This document shows positions 26,051 to 56,438 of a stretch of 64,000 nucleotides of DNA, one piece after another (the first letter of the stretch is position 1; each line of letters starts with the position of its first letter). Origin of the DNA: Amoebidium appalachense (taxonomy: Eukaryota; Protista; Ichthyosporea); assembly GCA_963693365.1 (NCBI GenBank), contig CAVNZM010000017.1:5508708-5572707 (forward strand), read 5' to 3'. Under the pieces are notes generated by a model that ran no database searches, was not told the DNA's origin, and saw only the letters and a list, made by a program, of their open reading frames with translations. The translations under genes and the position numbers were made by a program.

Positions 26051-26268
26051 TGGCGTCGACCATACGACCATGAGATATACATACACCTTTGATAGTTCAA
26101 ATTTCAGGATTATCCGTAAAAGGCGCAGGAATATTTCCTTTATTGCTCATAGAAGCCACCATGGCGTCAAGCATACGACCACGAGATATACACCTATGAA
26201 ACTTCAAATTTCAGGGCTATCCATAAATGGAGCGGGAATAATTCTTATATTGCTCACATGAGCTGCCA
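26051..26268. repeat. ~110-bp imperfect tandem duplication
   Basis: ggcgtc..catacgacca.gagatataca..cct.tga...ttcaaatttcagg..tatcc.taaa occurs twice. Confidence 0.8.
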
Positions 26269-27091
26269 TTAACGGCTTAGACAATGCATCTTAAATATGC
26301 ACAACATATCACGTCATTTTCCAATATTACATACTGATATCAATCTGCCCAACTTCCTATAACGTGCGACTTTCCATAGCATCAATTCATACAATCTACA
26401 CCAACCTTCATACTTTGCATAGTCTTAATCGAACTTGAATAGTCGAACACTCTATTTGAGCAACACTTATCCACACACACAAGGTAGCATCTATTATATA
26501 ATTTAAACGGTCTAGAAATAGCCGTTCGAACAGACCAAGAACAGGTGCAGGCTTGCTAAAAAAATAGTATAACAGCACTAACTAGATAAGTCATTCAGGG
26601 TCCACCAGCACACACGTACACGCACGCACGCACACACGCACACACGTACATAACACACGCACACACCCGACCACCCACCCACCCACCCACACCCACATCC
26701 ACACAAACACGAATCTCTAGCCATACCACTAACTACTCCCCCACAACCACTACTTCGGCAGAGACATCACGAGCGTATTTCCTTAATACCCTCAACCTCA
26801 CAATATCCTCTAACTAACTACCATATCAGCTGTACTACTGCTTAAACACCACAACAGGCTGAAATATTGCCGATCCCTCCTTCGTTCGTGTTTTGAGTCT
26901 CTGCAATGTATGGAAAAGAGTCAACTTGCATCCCGTCAATCCGCCAGCACCGATTATTCCTGGGGAGGATGGATATATGGTCGTTAGTAGGTGCCGCCTC
27001 TCTCCCCAAAACAAAACAAAACAAAACAAAACAAAACAAAACAAAACAAAACAAAACAAAACAAAACAAAACAAAACAAAACCAAGATCAT

Positions 27092-27175
<84 letters not shown>

Positions 27176-27396
27176 CAAAAAAAAAAAAAACCAAGCAAAC
27201 AAAAAACCAAGAATTGGAATTGCATATGGGTACCAAGATACGACTGGGAAGAGACAAGAGGTGTTGCAGGATAAGGCCGGAGAAGGGCACTTCAATTCTG
27301 ACATTGCACTCACACCCACGTGTCTGCACAGACATCCCACACACAGACACAACATACGAGCACCGAGCCAAGCCTAGTCAATCCCCTCCCCCCCCT

Positions 27397-27427
<31 letters not shown>

Positions 27428-27687
27428 CCGTCCGCCTGGCTCCTCCCTTTTCTCCGAAACACACATATCACATGCATATTTACACAGTGTCAACATCCAC
27501 CCACTCACCCACCCAACCATACACACATGCAAACATACACCCAGATGCACCCACTCACCCTCACCCCTATACCTACATATGTTGTGACCGCGAGGTTGGG
27601 CAAAGAAAGGGAGGGTTACACAAAACGGGCCGGCAAAGGAGCAACGGAAGGGGGGGGGGGGGGGGGGGGGAGACAAAGAGGAGGAGC

Positions 27688-27746
<59 letters not shown>

Positions 27747-27788
27747 GGGGCGGGGGGAGGAGGGGGGGAGGGAGAGGGGCATTCTTAC

Positions 27789-43223
<15,435 letters not shown>

Positions 43224-43741
43224 TCAAAACATGCTGCCTCCTACTCACGTAATAAAGCCACTACGTTATAGAATGGAGGAGAGGCCCGGGAACACCTCCA
43301 GAATATTGCTACTAATCCAGAGGTTATGTATGGCAAAAAAAAGCCACCACGAAACTCAGAATGGCACACTATAAATTAGATGAACGGACATGAAAGTAAT
43401 CCGAATTGAAAAGGGAGATGTTTCAGAAGTCTGTGCGAGGAAAAATGTGAAAACCTTGCTGTCTTCTTTCTGACAACATGAAAAGCCAAAAACTGCGAAG
43501 TAACAAATTGTGACAATCACAGGCAGTAAGCCTGGGCGCCTTAGGACAAAAATTTCAGCTGTCCTAAAAGTATATCAACTGCACCTTCTTTCGAGAAATC
43601 AAGTACCCAAACCCTACGTATACAAAAACAGACCCAAAAAAACCATGTCATTGATTTCCTGTTTTAAATTTCTTCCCTCTCCCTATCAGCTTGCGAAGTT
43701 GCGCATTGTGGCTCGACGAGCGCTCTACTCCGACGTCTACG

Positions 43742-43785
43742 TGACGTCATTAGTACAAAATGATTGGTGAATTTGCACCAATCAT
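43742..43785. promoter_or_regulatory. CRE-like site plus an inverted CCAAT pair upstream of CRAMP1
   Basis: TGACGTCA at 43742-43749; ATGATTGGTG-N6-CACCAATCAT palindrome at 43760-43785. Confidence 0.5.
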
Positions 43786-44252
43786 AGTTTGGGCGGCAAG
43801 AAGCAACTGGCCGTTGCAGCGAAGATTTGCGCGCGCAAGTGGACCTTGTTTTCAGTTCAATGCCACCCCGGCGTGTGTCTTGTTTTGCAGAGGAAAACGA
43901 TGAAAGAGAGATGATGGTTTGTTCGTACGGCAGATAAAGGGCACATTCAAGGCTTGCCAATTACAAGATCTGCCAGGACGAACCGCACACAGCGTGGAAA
44001 CAACTTGTGGCAGTCAAATGCATGTTGTTGCTTCAACCATACCATCCAACACACATACACTCGCACGTGCGCTTCCACATAAAGTACATTCACACGCACA
44101 AGCACGTGCACACACACGCACACATACACACACCATTATACGCTTTCACAAAGACACAAAAACACTCGCACACACGCACACTCATGCACACACAGACACG
44201 CATACACACACAGACATGCACACACACACACACGCACGCACACAGACCCACA

Positions 44253-44302
<50 letters not shown>

Positions 44303-44674
44303 ACACATATGGGTGCCCACCACATACACATCTACTTGAAAATATGTTGCGAAATCTCTCTCCGTCTGTCTCTCCCTTACACTCACACACACAGCCCCTC
44401 CTTCCTTTCTCCCTCTCCCTCTCACCCTCTCCCTCGCCCTCTCCCTCTCACCCTCTCCCTCTCTATATCACTCTCTCCCTCTCTCTCCCCCTCTCTCTGT
44501 TTATCTCCCTATCCCTCCCTCTCTTTCTCTCTCTATCCCTCCCTTTCCCCCCCCCCCCTCTCTCTCCCCTCCCCTCTCTCCCTCTCTCTTCGCTGCTCCC
44601 CGCCCTCTCCCCCCCCCCTCTCTCTTCCCCTCTCTCTCTCTATTGATTGAGAAGCTGCCCCCCTCCTCCCCCCC

Positions 44675-44711
<37 letters not shown>

Positions 44712-45151
44712 CAAGCTCCTGCACGGCGAATCCCGATCTGCGTATCACAATTAAGGCCCAGACTTCCAGGCAAAATTCGAAGCCGTCACAAAAACGAAAA
44801 GCTAATTTTCTAGTGGCATAGGCAGCGACAAAAGGAATATACCTTGAGGGAAAAAACAAATTTCAGGCCAGAGACCAACTTGAAGCGACCAAGACAACAA
44901 ATTAGAAACAAACGCACAAACACGCTAGAGATCCCGGACATAAATTTACAGCCAACGGGGAAAAAACGACTTCTAAACAACTTTTCAGCCCAGAGACAGT
45001 TACGTCTTAGCAGAGTCAATCAGGTTGGCGGGTTTTTTTTTTTTGGGGGGGGGGGGGGTTTGCCAGCTGACATCTCGAGGTGCACGTGTCGAGGTGTGCA
45101 TGCATGTGTGCATGCGTCCGTGCGCGTGCGCGCGCATGTGTGTGTGCGTGC

Positions 45152-45267
<116 letters not shown>

Positions 45268-45650
45268 CGTGTGTGTGTTCGTGCAGTGTGGTGTACGTGT
45301 CGAGGATTCGTATTCTGCTTTTTCTGCCTTCTCCTTCAAAATAACCTCTTCATTTTCTATTATTTTTAACCGGTGCCAGAGGATCATTTCCTTGTAATGT
45401 CCAAAGCCTTACAGGTTTCCTGCTGTAAGATACCCGAACCATGTGGTTATCCATGCTTAACTAGGTGTGCGTTGTACCACTCCGCTGCACAACGCACCGA
45501 ATTTTTGTACTAGACACCAAAGCAAACATATATAATACACGGCTAAATTAATTCCTCTGTGTTTTCTTTAGTGTTTTTATTTACCCAATATTGTAATTCG
45601 TTTGCTCTCCGGACAGTTCAAAGTTTTTTTTTAAAGGCTCAACCCCACTC

Positions 45651-45658
45651 TGACGTCA
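45651..45658. promoter_or_regulatory. CRE-like site upstream of USP
   Basis: TGACGTCA ~430 bp upstream of the ATG. Confidence 0.4.
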
Positions 45659-46086
45659 CAACTCGGAGAAGCAATGATCGAAGCGACTGAGCTGTCACTC
45701 CAGAGCTGCAGTAAGGTTCGAGTCAAAAAGTTTTGTGCCATTGATGTCCCAGGGTTCATGATCAAATGTTCTTTCAACTAATCTTCAAATAAACACTCGA
45801 TTCAAGGTCTTGCTTAACAAAGGCTCCTAAGCTCACACACATACATTACGAGAACCGCTGCAGACGCTTCCTCGTCAGGTCCCTTCTTCTTTTTTTTTTT
45901 CCTTTTGTGGAAAATCAAGTGCAATATTGTCACAGACGTCCTAGATCCAGCCAGAGTTCCTCTTTAATCACATCCCAATACTCCAAGAGGAATTCTCGTT
46001 CCCTCTACTTAAGCTTTTATTATCAGCGCCCAAGCAAAAGAACACCAGCAACCTACCCTTCCATAGTTGTCCTGCAGAACCCAAAC

Positions 46087-47892
46087 ATGGCACGCAAGGT
46101 TTTGGTGTGCATAGACCGCAGTGAAGGGGGTGTGTATGCCGCACAGTGGGCCTTTGAGAACATTTTGCGTTCAGGGGATGACGTTACACTTTTTTCAGTG
46201 GTACCGGTGAGCCCCCCCCACCCCCACTCCCCCCCACCCCCCTCCCCCCCTCCAGCCCCCTCCCCCTTTTGCCCCCCCCCCCCCCCCCCCTCCCCCCTGC
46301 CCCTTCCCTCCCCCCCTCCCCCCCCCTCCCGCTGGATTCCTCCTGACTCACACACGTTCGCACATCTCCCTCCTCCCCCTTCCCCCTCTCCCCTCCCCGC
46401 CTCTCCTCTCCCTCCCTCCCGCCCCCCCCCGGCGCGCTTCCCCATGTCCTGCGCATGTTGTTGTCAGCCCTTTATTTTTCGCTTCGTGTCCCTCAGTGTG
46501 TAAAGCCTTCCCTTCCCCCTTTGTGCCCTGCCCCTTTTCTCTCTCTGTGTCCGCCCATTATTTCTTCTCACTCCCCCCTGCCCCCCTTCCCCCCCTTTCC
46601 CGCCACCTTTACCTACCTTTCACTTTTTGACATGAATAGAGCAACGACTCTGAACACGACTAGCCCCCCCCCCGTCCCCACCCCCTCCCCTTCCCTCCCC
46701 CAACCGTCCCACCCACTCACCACCACACCCGGCCACACACCCACACACCCACACACCCACACCCTCCGCCACCACCACCACCACACACCCTTCTTTTGAA
46801 ACCGCTTGGAAGTAACAAGACATTAGAAGCCAAAAAGGAAAGTAGCATGGAGCAAAACTCGTTTTGCGGAGGGCAGGGTAGACAGTGGAGGGGAGTGAGG
46901 GAGAGGATCGTGCAGATGTGAGGGAAATGCTAGGAGTCGAGCCCCCCCCCCCCCCCCCCTCCCCCCTTTCCTCCTCTCCCCCCCCCCCCCCCCCTTCTCC
47001 TTGCGGCCCCTTCCCCTCGGCACGCCATCGCCACCGTAGCCCCCCTCCCCCCCCCCCTTGCCTCCTTTTTAGGAGGAAAGGATGGATAATTGGTTTGAGT
47101 GGTTCTTGGAAGGGATTGGAAGGAAAGAGATAAGATGCGATATGGAAAGAAGAGGGAGCAAAGGGTAGCAACGGTGATGGCATGGAAGAGTGATATTGTC
47201 TGTTAATTGTTGTGGATGTTTTATGGTTTTTCTTGTGGGGCTGGGTGTGGGGTGTGGGGGGTGGGGGGACAGGGACTCGAGGATGGAGAAGAGCTGAGGG
47301 GCGCAGGGCAAGGGGAGGGGGGGGGGGGGGGGAGGGTAAACTAACGGATGTTTGTTGGAGATGTGTGTTTGGTGGCTGATGCATTATGACTTGTGGGGTC
47401 ACAGGTGTACACACACGCTGCACCAGTGTTCGGATCAAGTAAGTGCCCAAAGGAGGGGGGAGGGAGGGAATAACTGCTATTGTGATTTGTTGGATGTGTT
47501 GGGTTCTTTTCCTGATGTGTTTTTTTTTTTTTTTAAGGTTTGTACAACATTGACACGACTGTGTTAGTGCTTATCCCATTTCTCATCTGTCGCCACCCAC
47601 ATTGCATGCACCCATGTGAATAGGATTCCTCTCACACCACTGCCCGCCAGCCCAAACTCACACCCAAGCATGCATACGCACGTGTACACACACACACACA
47701 CGCACACACGTGCGCGCGCGCACACACACTCACACACACACACACTGTGAGCGGCATACACAGCCACAGCCACAAGCACAGATACAGGCACGAGCGCACC
47801 ATACGGACAGATACCCCCCCCCCCCCCACACACACACACACGAACACACCCACCCACCCACCCACACTCACACACACACCCACCCACCCACC

Positions 47893-47955
<63 letters not shown>

Positions 47956-48114
47956 CCACCCACCCACACACCCACACACACCCACACACACACACACACA
48001 CACAAACACACCCACCCACCCACCCACCCACACACACACACACACGCACCCACACACACACACACACATACACACACCCACCCACCCACCCACCCACACA
48101 CCCACAAACACACC

Positions 48115-48145
<31 letters not shown>

Positions 48146-48146
48146 C

Positions 48147-48181
<35 letters not shown>

Positions 48182-48207
48182 CCACACCCACACACACACA
48201 CATACAC

Positions 48208-48268
<61 letters not shown>

Positions 48269-48361
48269 AACACACCCACACACACACACACAAACACACC
48301 CACACACACGTTCATGAACACTCATACACACACACAAACACCCCCTTTTAATATTTGCTTC

Positions 48362-48392
<31 letters not shown>

Positions 48393-48451
48393 AAAAAAGA
48401 AAGAAAAGAAAAGAAAGAAAGAAAGAAAGGAAAAGAAGAAGAAGAAGAGAA

Positions 48452-48488
<37 letters not shown>

Positions 48489-49253
48489 AGAGAAAGAAAG
48501 AGAACGAAAAGAAAACGAGGGAAATGAACTGTGAGACGGTGCTCATAGCTATCCCCCTGTCCATTCGAACCCATTAATGAATATCCTTTATCTGATACAG
48601 CAGGTGTTGTTGTTGCTCCGTGCATATGAAATTGTATTGGCTATGAGTATTGGTGGTGGCGGTGGTTGTTTTTGTTTTTGTTGTTGTCTTTTTTTTTTTC
48701 CTTTTTTTTTTTTTTTTTTTTTTTTTGTTTTGTTTGGGGGGAGGGGGGGAGGGGGGGGGAGAGAGATTGGGGGAGCGGCAGGAGGGGGGGGGGGGGGGGG
48801 ATGGCAAGAGTTCACAAACACCGTCCTGACATTGGATTTATGTTTTTAGGTATCACCTTTGACGAAAAGTCAGTCAAAGTGCAACATGACGTATACGAAG
48901 AGACTGAAAAGCTCCTTGCCTATCTGACTGAACACTTGAACAAGTGCAATGCTCAGGTTAGCCACTCCAACCCCCCCCCCCCCCCCCCCCCCCCCTCTCG
49001 AGCGGGGTATGCGAGGTAAAGGGGTCGAATCCAAATGCATTCAATGACCCCCCCCCCCCCCCCCCCCCCCTCCCCTCCACCCTTCCAGGGGAATGGTTCT
49101 GCTATGTCTAATTCTGCACGCTACAGATGTGAAGAAAAATGTTTCATACTTGAATGTATGCTTGTGCATACCGTTACGTGTCCTGTGTCCCGCATCGTGT
49201 TTCTCATATGTGGCTGTGATATGTAATGAATTCTGCATTCTACCCCCCCCCCC

Positions 49254-49284
<31 letters not shown>

Positions 49285-49494
49285 CCTCCCGCACCTTCCC
49301 CGGCACTGTGGGTGATATGGATGTCACTGAGGTCTTTGTGGGTTTCCTTTTTTTTTTTTTTTTTTTTTTTTTTGTTTGTTTGTTTGTTTGTTTGTGGGGG
49401 GGGGGGGGGGGGGGGGGGGGGGAGAAGGGGGGATTCTGTAGCATGTTGTCCACCTCGTGAATGTGTATCTTGATCTATAATTCTATCGCTCTCC

Positions 49495-49531
<37 letters not shown>

Positions 49532-49974
49532 CTCCCTCCCCCACCCACCCACCCCTCTCTCTCTCCCCCCTTTTCCCTCTCCTTGTCCCACGTTGTCTCG
49601 CACTGTCAAGGCTTATATTCCTGTCTTTTCTTCAGCATCCACATTAGTTGACCCCGTCGAAATTGTTATTTGAAACAGTGTTTCCAAAGGATAAACACGT
49701 TGAAATTCATCTTTCAAGTTCACCGACAGCCCCCTTTCCCCCTCCCTCCCCCCTCCCCTCCCCATATCCCCCTCCCCATATCCCCCCTCCCCCCCCCCCC
49801 CCCCCCCCCCCACCACCACCACCCCACCCTCACCTCTCCTCCCTCCTTTTAAACGAACCTACAAACACATGCTCAACACGCACGCACACAGGCACATGTG
49901 CACACACACACATTCCCACCCGTGACCACGCATGCGCACGCACACACACACACACTCACTCACTCACTCACGCG

Positions 49975-50054
<80 letters not shown>

Positions 50055-50086
50055 CAGACACTCCCGGACCTCTGCACACAGAACGT

Positions 50087-50125
<39 letters not shown>

Positions 50126-51338
50126 GAGGGGGGGAGAGAGAAATCTTGCTTGTACATCCAGTCATTTATGGGGATTGATTCTTTATTTTATTTTTTATCA
50201 TCATTTATGATTTTTATTTTGGCTGCAGGTCAAGTATGACGTCAAGACGGGGGATGCACGAGATGTCATTCTGGAATATGCCGACACAAACCGTACCATC
50301 CCCCCCCCCCCCCCTCCCCCTCCTCCCCCCCCTCCCCCCCCCCCCCCCCCCCCTCCCCCCCCCTCTCCCACAACGATATGCCAAACCATTGTTGAGTGAA
50401 AAAATTGCTTAGAAAAAGTATTACTGGCTGCCCCCCCCCTCCCCCCCTTTTTTTTTCTTTTTTTCTTTTTTGCGCATCTGGATACTGCTATTGATTATAC
50501 ATTGTTTTACGCTGTACACCACACTCTGACCCCCTCCCCAACACACACAATTAGACACAAGCACACAAGCACACAATACACACACCACTTTCACCCCGCA
50601 CACAGCCCAGAATCAACCCTCCCCCCTCCTCCCCTCCCCACTCCCCCCCCCTCCCCCCCCCCCCCCCCCCGGCCAGCCCACTCCCCCAGCCTAAAGAAAA
50701 CAGACGCCCTTCGCGAACTTCTATGGCATTTTTAGATGTGATTTCATGTTCAGGGTTTTCTCATGATCTTCGTGGTGCCTTACCATTGCGTGAAAATGAG
50801 CAAGCAATGATTTGCATGCAGTTGTTGAAACTGTGACCTACCTAACATAACATTATGATTATAGTCAACGTTAGCATATGTATGAACAGTGGTTTAGCAC
50901 GAGATTGCAGGTTTTTTGCTTAAAATCAACATAATCGGTACTGTATAAAGAGATGGTCTAGCATAAAGTTGTTTGTTCAGATTCAACTTATCACATCAGC
51001 GGCTTCTATTCTTGTGTTTTGTGCATAAACGTATGACACATATAGCATTATTAGTAGCCTCTTAGGGGCATATACGTACTGTACCTAAGGCTTCGTTATT
51101 CTATTTTGCTCATCCACGTACATATGCCTGCATTAGTCTACTTTGCGTATACTCGTGCTTATCAACTTCCCACCCACAGAGATGGATCTCCTAGTCTTGG
51201 GTGCTACGAACAGGGGGGTCTTGTCGCGGACCTTTTTGGGGAGTGTTAGTGACTACTGTGTGCAAAACAGTAAGTTAACCCCCCCCCCCCCCCCCCCCGT
51301 CGGTTTATGTTGTGCACACACACAAACGCGTGCACGCA

Positions 51339-51383
<45 letters not shown>

Positions 51384-51390
51384 ACACACA

Positions 51391-51433
<43 letters not shown>

Positions 51434-52442
51434 ACACACTCACACACACACTTGAAACGCAAACAGTCAGCCAATCAAGCACACACTTGTTCAGCCTCTG
51501 CTATTCACATACCCTCCCCCCCCCCCCCCTTCCCCCCAACACCCACCCACTCACCCCCCCCCCCCCCCTTCCCTGTGCGGCCCATCCCCCTCCTCTTCAC
51601 ACGTACGCACACACATAAACCCCCTCCCCCCTCCTCCCCCCTCCCCCCCCTCCCCCCCCCCTCCCCCCCCCTCCCCCCCCCCCCCCCCCCAAACACACAC
51701 ACACACACCACCACCACCATCACCAGCCCCACCACCACACCCACACACGCACACATCCCATCGACTCTCTTCAGAGCATCTGAGCACGTTTTGTCGTGCT
51801 TTACCCACATGTTAAGGGGGTTTCTTTTAGGTTTTCGGGCCGGGCCGGGTCAGAGGGAATTCTAGCTATATGATTGGTGTACTGCGCCTCAGCTGCGCAC
51901 CATCGTTCTGGCCTCAGCAAGGTTCAGATGCGCCATAATTTAACAAAAGAGAAAGAGAAAAGACAAGAAAAAAGAAGTAAAGAATGGAATAATAATAAAG
52001 CATTAGGAAGACGATTGCAGTTCATATCGTGATTTATTTGCTGAGCAAATGGCTTGACCCGGATGTGCTGGAATGGGGACAATTAATCGGTCCAAAAGAA
52101 ACCCCCCTTTAAAGTACATCTCCGTCACACATGCCCAGCAAATCCCCTACACACATGCCACACAAAAACGATACACCGCAAAACACTGTGAACACCGATT
52201 CCGTCGGCCCTAGATGTGCAAGGTGTGCGGTGTGCGTGTGTGCTCTCTTTTCTTTCGCTTTGTTTTTCCTTGCTTATTTTCTTCTTTTTTTTTTTCCCTT
52301 CATGCCCCCCCCCCCCCCCCCCCCCCCCCCCCGCCATCCCCCGCCCCGCTCCGCCCCCCCACACACAAACCCAAACAAAGGGGGGGGGGGGGGGGGGAAA
52401 TGAAATGTTGTAAGTGATGAAGTAAGGTGTTTCGTGTAGATT

Positions 52443-52481
<39 letters not shown>

Positions 52482-52783
52482 TTCCTGGGGCCCGAACTCT
52501 TGTCCTCATTTTCCCCTTTCGGCTTAGTGATACCCTTCCGGGGTTTATGCTGTTTACTCGAGGCAAACTTTGAGAGAGACCAGTCTCAGGTATGGGGGTT
52601 TTTGCTCGGAATATCCCCTCAGCGGTATATCATGATCACGTACATAGCGGATGTCGGGTGATGATTTTATATCAGGGTGTGCACTCTTTGCATCCTCGAA
52701 CTGTTTTAATCTCTGGCTTCTCCCCCTCAGGCAAATGCCCCGTCGTGTTGGTGAGGAAAGAAAGTTACACTGGGCCGGTGTGA
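46087..52783 (+). CDS. Universal stress protein (USP family), 155 aa, 6 exons
   Basis: Exons 46087-46206, 47405-47438, 48850-48956, 50229-50292, 51180-51269, 52731-52783 total 468 nt with an open frame. Motifs: RKVLVCIDRS, GDARDVILEYA, DLLVLGATNRG..SRTFLGSVSDYCVQNSKCPVVLVR. Confidence 0.93.
49000..49242 (+). repeat. Diverged copy of the structured element in the opposite orientation, inside a plus-strand USP intron
   Basis: gcgaggtaaaggggtcgaatccaaatgcattcaatgac resembles the reverse complement of the 2129 copy (gcgggctaaggggtcgaaactcagacgcaattgatgac). Ends ctgcattcta + poly(C). Confidence 0.5.
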
Positions 52784-53173
52784 TTCAGATTCTAAAAAAG
52801 GGTGTCGACGAAATAAGTTTAAAAAGCCCCCCTGATATCGAAGTCCATTTATTACACTTTGTTCGGAGGTTCGTTTTGCTCTCTCCCTTTTGTCTTCTGG
52901 TGGTGTCTGTGTGAATATATTGGTGTTCTTCAATGGTAATAATGGGGTTTCAGCTAGGTGCAAAATGGACCAACTTGTAAGAGTTATTATTAGCCATATG
53001 AACATATGAAAGTACGGAACGGCGTTTTGGGGCTACTGGTTAAAATTTCTTGGTGGTGACGTCACCAAGCCTGTGTGTTAGGGACAGTGTTAATGGTGGG
53101 TGCTTATTGCGCAAAATCCTGTTTTCCGTCTTAGGTCTTCTTGTTTTATCTGTTACAAAAAAAATGCGAAATT

Positions 53174-53208
<35 letters not shown>

Positions 53209-53235
53209 GTGGTGGTGGTGGTGGTGGTGGTGTGT

Positions 53236-53317
<82 letters not shown>

Positions 53318-53624
53318 TACGAGTGGATTGTAGAGTACGACATGAAGTAGATGAGAACATAAACAAATTATTTTTAACATTACTCACCAATTTATGGTGC
53401 CACATTGCACACGTAATTGCCTTGTGTGTGATAAAAACATGGCTTTGTGATATCAGCGTATGTCATGCTCTTTATGACTGCGAATATGAAGTGCACGAAA
53501 GACCAAAAACAATCGCGAAGGCCGATGTATAGATTCGAGGCAACACCAATAAATTTGCATCAATGTGTGGGATCATCTTGTGAGCCTCAGACCGACCAAG
53601 TCTCACTCCTTTGCTCCCCCCCCC

Positions 53625-53656
<32 letters not shown>

Positions 53657-54079
53657 ATGTGTGTGTCTGAGGGTGTGTGTGTGTGTGGTACTATGTGTGT
53701 GTCGTGTGTGTGTGTGGCCCCGGGGGGGGGGGGGGGGGGGGGGGGCAGGGGCGTGAGCCTGGGAGAGAGAGCGAGAGGATGAGAGCGCGGAAGGAGGGAG
53801 CAGCTCGAAAGAGTAAGAGATCGCCACTGAAAGGGACATGGAATTCAGGAGTGAGAGAATGGGATATTGGGAGAAGAAAGGACGATGGGGGAAAGGGAAA
53901 GCCTCGCCGAGAAAGGGAAAAGAGAGTCTCAGAGGGGGAGAGCGAGAGAGAGAGACAGAGACAGATCGAGAGAGAGAGGGGAGAGGGAGGGAGGGAGGGA
54001 GGGAGAGGGGGGGGGAGGGGGAGAGAGAGGGAGAGAGAGGGGGGGGAGGGGGAGAGAGAGGGAGAGAGAGGGAGAGGCC

Positions 54080-54161
<82 letters not shown>

Positions 54162-54786
54162 CACACACACACACACACAGAGAGAGAGAGATAGATACAT
54201 AAGGGTGGGTGAGGGTGATGGGGGGGATTCAAAGAGAGAGGGGGGAGGGGGTGTGGGGGGGAGGGGGGAGAACGAGAGAGAGAGGGTGAAAGGGTGAGAG
54301 AGAGAGATGGAGTTCGGGAGACTCGGGGAGAGAGAGAGCCTCGCGTGGTACAACGAGGAGCTGGAACAATATTAATGGGTTGCGATCGTGCTGCGTCCAT
54401 TGTGTTGATGATGGTGTGCTGGCAAACAACACACAGACTCAAACTTAACTGGACACCCCGATTTAGTCACCGTGACAACGGAAAAACTTTTTTTCGCAAA
54501 GGAGCGGTTTTTGGAGAATGGGAGCTATTATGCATAGCGCTAACTTTACATGCGGGTACAAGAAAAAGCCCTATGTATACATGCACGCTGACATCGAATC
54601 CTCCACACACCAGTCTGATACCGATTCTAGAATTTGAAGGTATTGGCCGCTGTGACATGTTTTCTGGCATTTCGGAGTTCTTTGCCGCTTACTCTCAGAT
54701 TAAACAGTGTACAGGCGATGGTATACATAGGATTGGATGGTACAGAAATTTGGAGTGGCATAAGATCAGCGGCTGTGTGACACTAC

Positions 54787-54877
54787 ATGGTAGGCTTCTC
54801 TCCCCCCATCCCCATGGAGCACCCGGGCACTATATGGTAGTGCTTCTCTCCCCCCATCCCCATGGAGCACCCGGGCC
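54787..54877. repeat. ~47-bp tandem duplication
   Basis: atggtag..gcttctctccccccatccccatggagcacccgggc x2. Confidence 0.85.
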
Positions 54878-55667
54878 CTTCGAAATCACTGACACACACG
54901 CGCGAATACCGTGAGTGACGTACACCGTGCTAACACATACAACCTTTTCGAATACAATGCCATACAGTGCGACGTGTTATAACAACCGTCGTATTTTTTA
55001 ATAAGTGTGCCTCCCCCCCCCCCCCTCCCCCCCCCCCCTCCCCCCCTCCCCCCCCCCCCCCCCCCCCCCCCCACCACCACCACGCGACTGTGTGCACTGG
55101 TTGCTGTGGTGGGCGCTAGTGGTTGAGGTGTTGCCTGGTGCCACGGTGGGCACGGTGTCAAAGACTTGGTACTCTGGGGGTCACACATGCTTTTGTAGGG
55201 GTTGCAATTGTGGGGGGGAGGGGGGGGGGGGGGGGGGGGGGGGAGGCGGGGGGCCCGGACACCTGACGGTGCCGGGCTGATGGGGGGAGGCGGCCCGGAC
55301 ACCTGACGGTGCCGGGCTGATTGACAACTGATACTGCAATGATCATGCATTTATTGGGCCACACATCACCACATATGGCCCGGGTCTGACACCTGGGGGG
55401 TGTTCCCGGCCCCACTAGGTATGCGGGGCCTTAAAACCCATAACACTTAGCCATCTGTAGCTTGTTGTAGAGGGCCGAAGCCAATTTGAATTTCTTGCCA
55501 CTGTTCAGATACGAACTTAAGCCATTCGAATTCAGGTTATCAACCTCACAACCAGCAGCAGAAATCATCGATGTCTGGCACATTTGGCACAGGGTTATAG
55601 TACTGGCAGATTGGGTGCCTGAACATTGAACCCTGCATGGTATACCAGCAAGTTCCTCGCTCAATTT

Positions 55668-56336
55668 CTGCATGTGGGAAGTTGTGATGGGTACGTTAGA
55701 ACACTGCAAAACGCAAGGCTTGAAAGGTCTAAAGGTTATTACGGTCAATATGCATATGACAGGAGGTGAAATGTCGAACAATTATTTTGGGATGCCCGTT
55801 CATCGGATCGGCCGTGCAAAGAATGCCCAAACCGCTTAAAAATCGATGTCTCTCGGACTGACTGCGCTTCTCTTGAAACTAGGTCGTAAAGAACTCAGTA
55901 CGGTCATGTATACTATATTGAAATACAATGAGTCGGTTACACAGGTGCTTCAGCTATCGGCAAACTTAGCCTATTTATGATCGAGGAACTTGCTAGTACA
56001 TCTCAGAACCCAAACCAAGGACATTTGCATGATACGTTGTGACGGTTATTCGCGTTAAAGGCCACTTATATCACCCGGGGTGCCAGCGAATTTTGTTTAT
56101 TCTAGATGGCATTTGTGTAAAGTATACAAACAAAAATAACAGTACCATTATTCAAGTAAAAAAATGCATCTAGTCCAGCCTCGCAGTATGTCTTCCACGG
56201 TGACCGTGAAGTCACTAACCAAATATTTATTGCAAACGGGAATTTCGGCAGAGAGGGGTCAAGTTGGGGTTTAGCGAGTGAGTGTCATCATGCACTGTGA
56301 TTGGAAGGAAAGGGAGGAAGGGAGGGAAGCACCAAC
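55668..56336 (-). repeat. Intron 3 of the Cys-rich gene, homologous end-to-end to intron 2
   Basis: GTTGGTGCTTCCCTCCC...CCCACATGCAG aligns by eye along its whole length to 56439-57705 once the MITE is removed. Confidence 0.88.
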
Positions 56337-56438
56337 CTTCTTTTTATCATAGCAGTCCAACCATGAAAATAGCTTGCCAAAGAACGTATTTTCCTTGCTG
56401 CACACTGATGTTTCATCGACATCGGCCCTGCTCATAGT

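Noticed and set aside
43860-45022. Possible small plus-strand gene between CRAMP1 and USP
   Set aside because: I could not build a phase-consistent open frame, and there is no recognisable homology.
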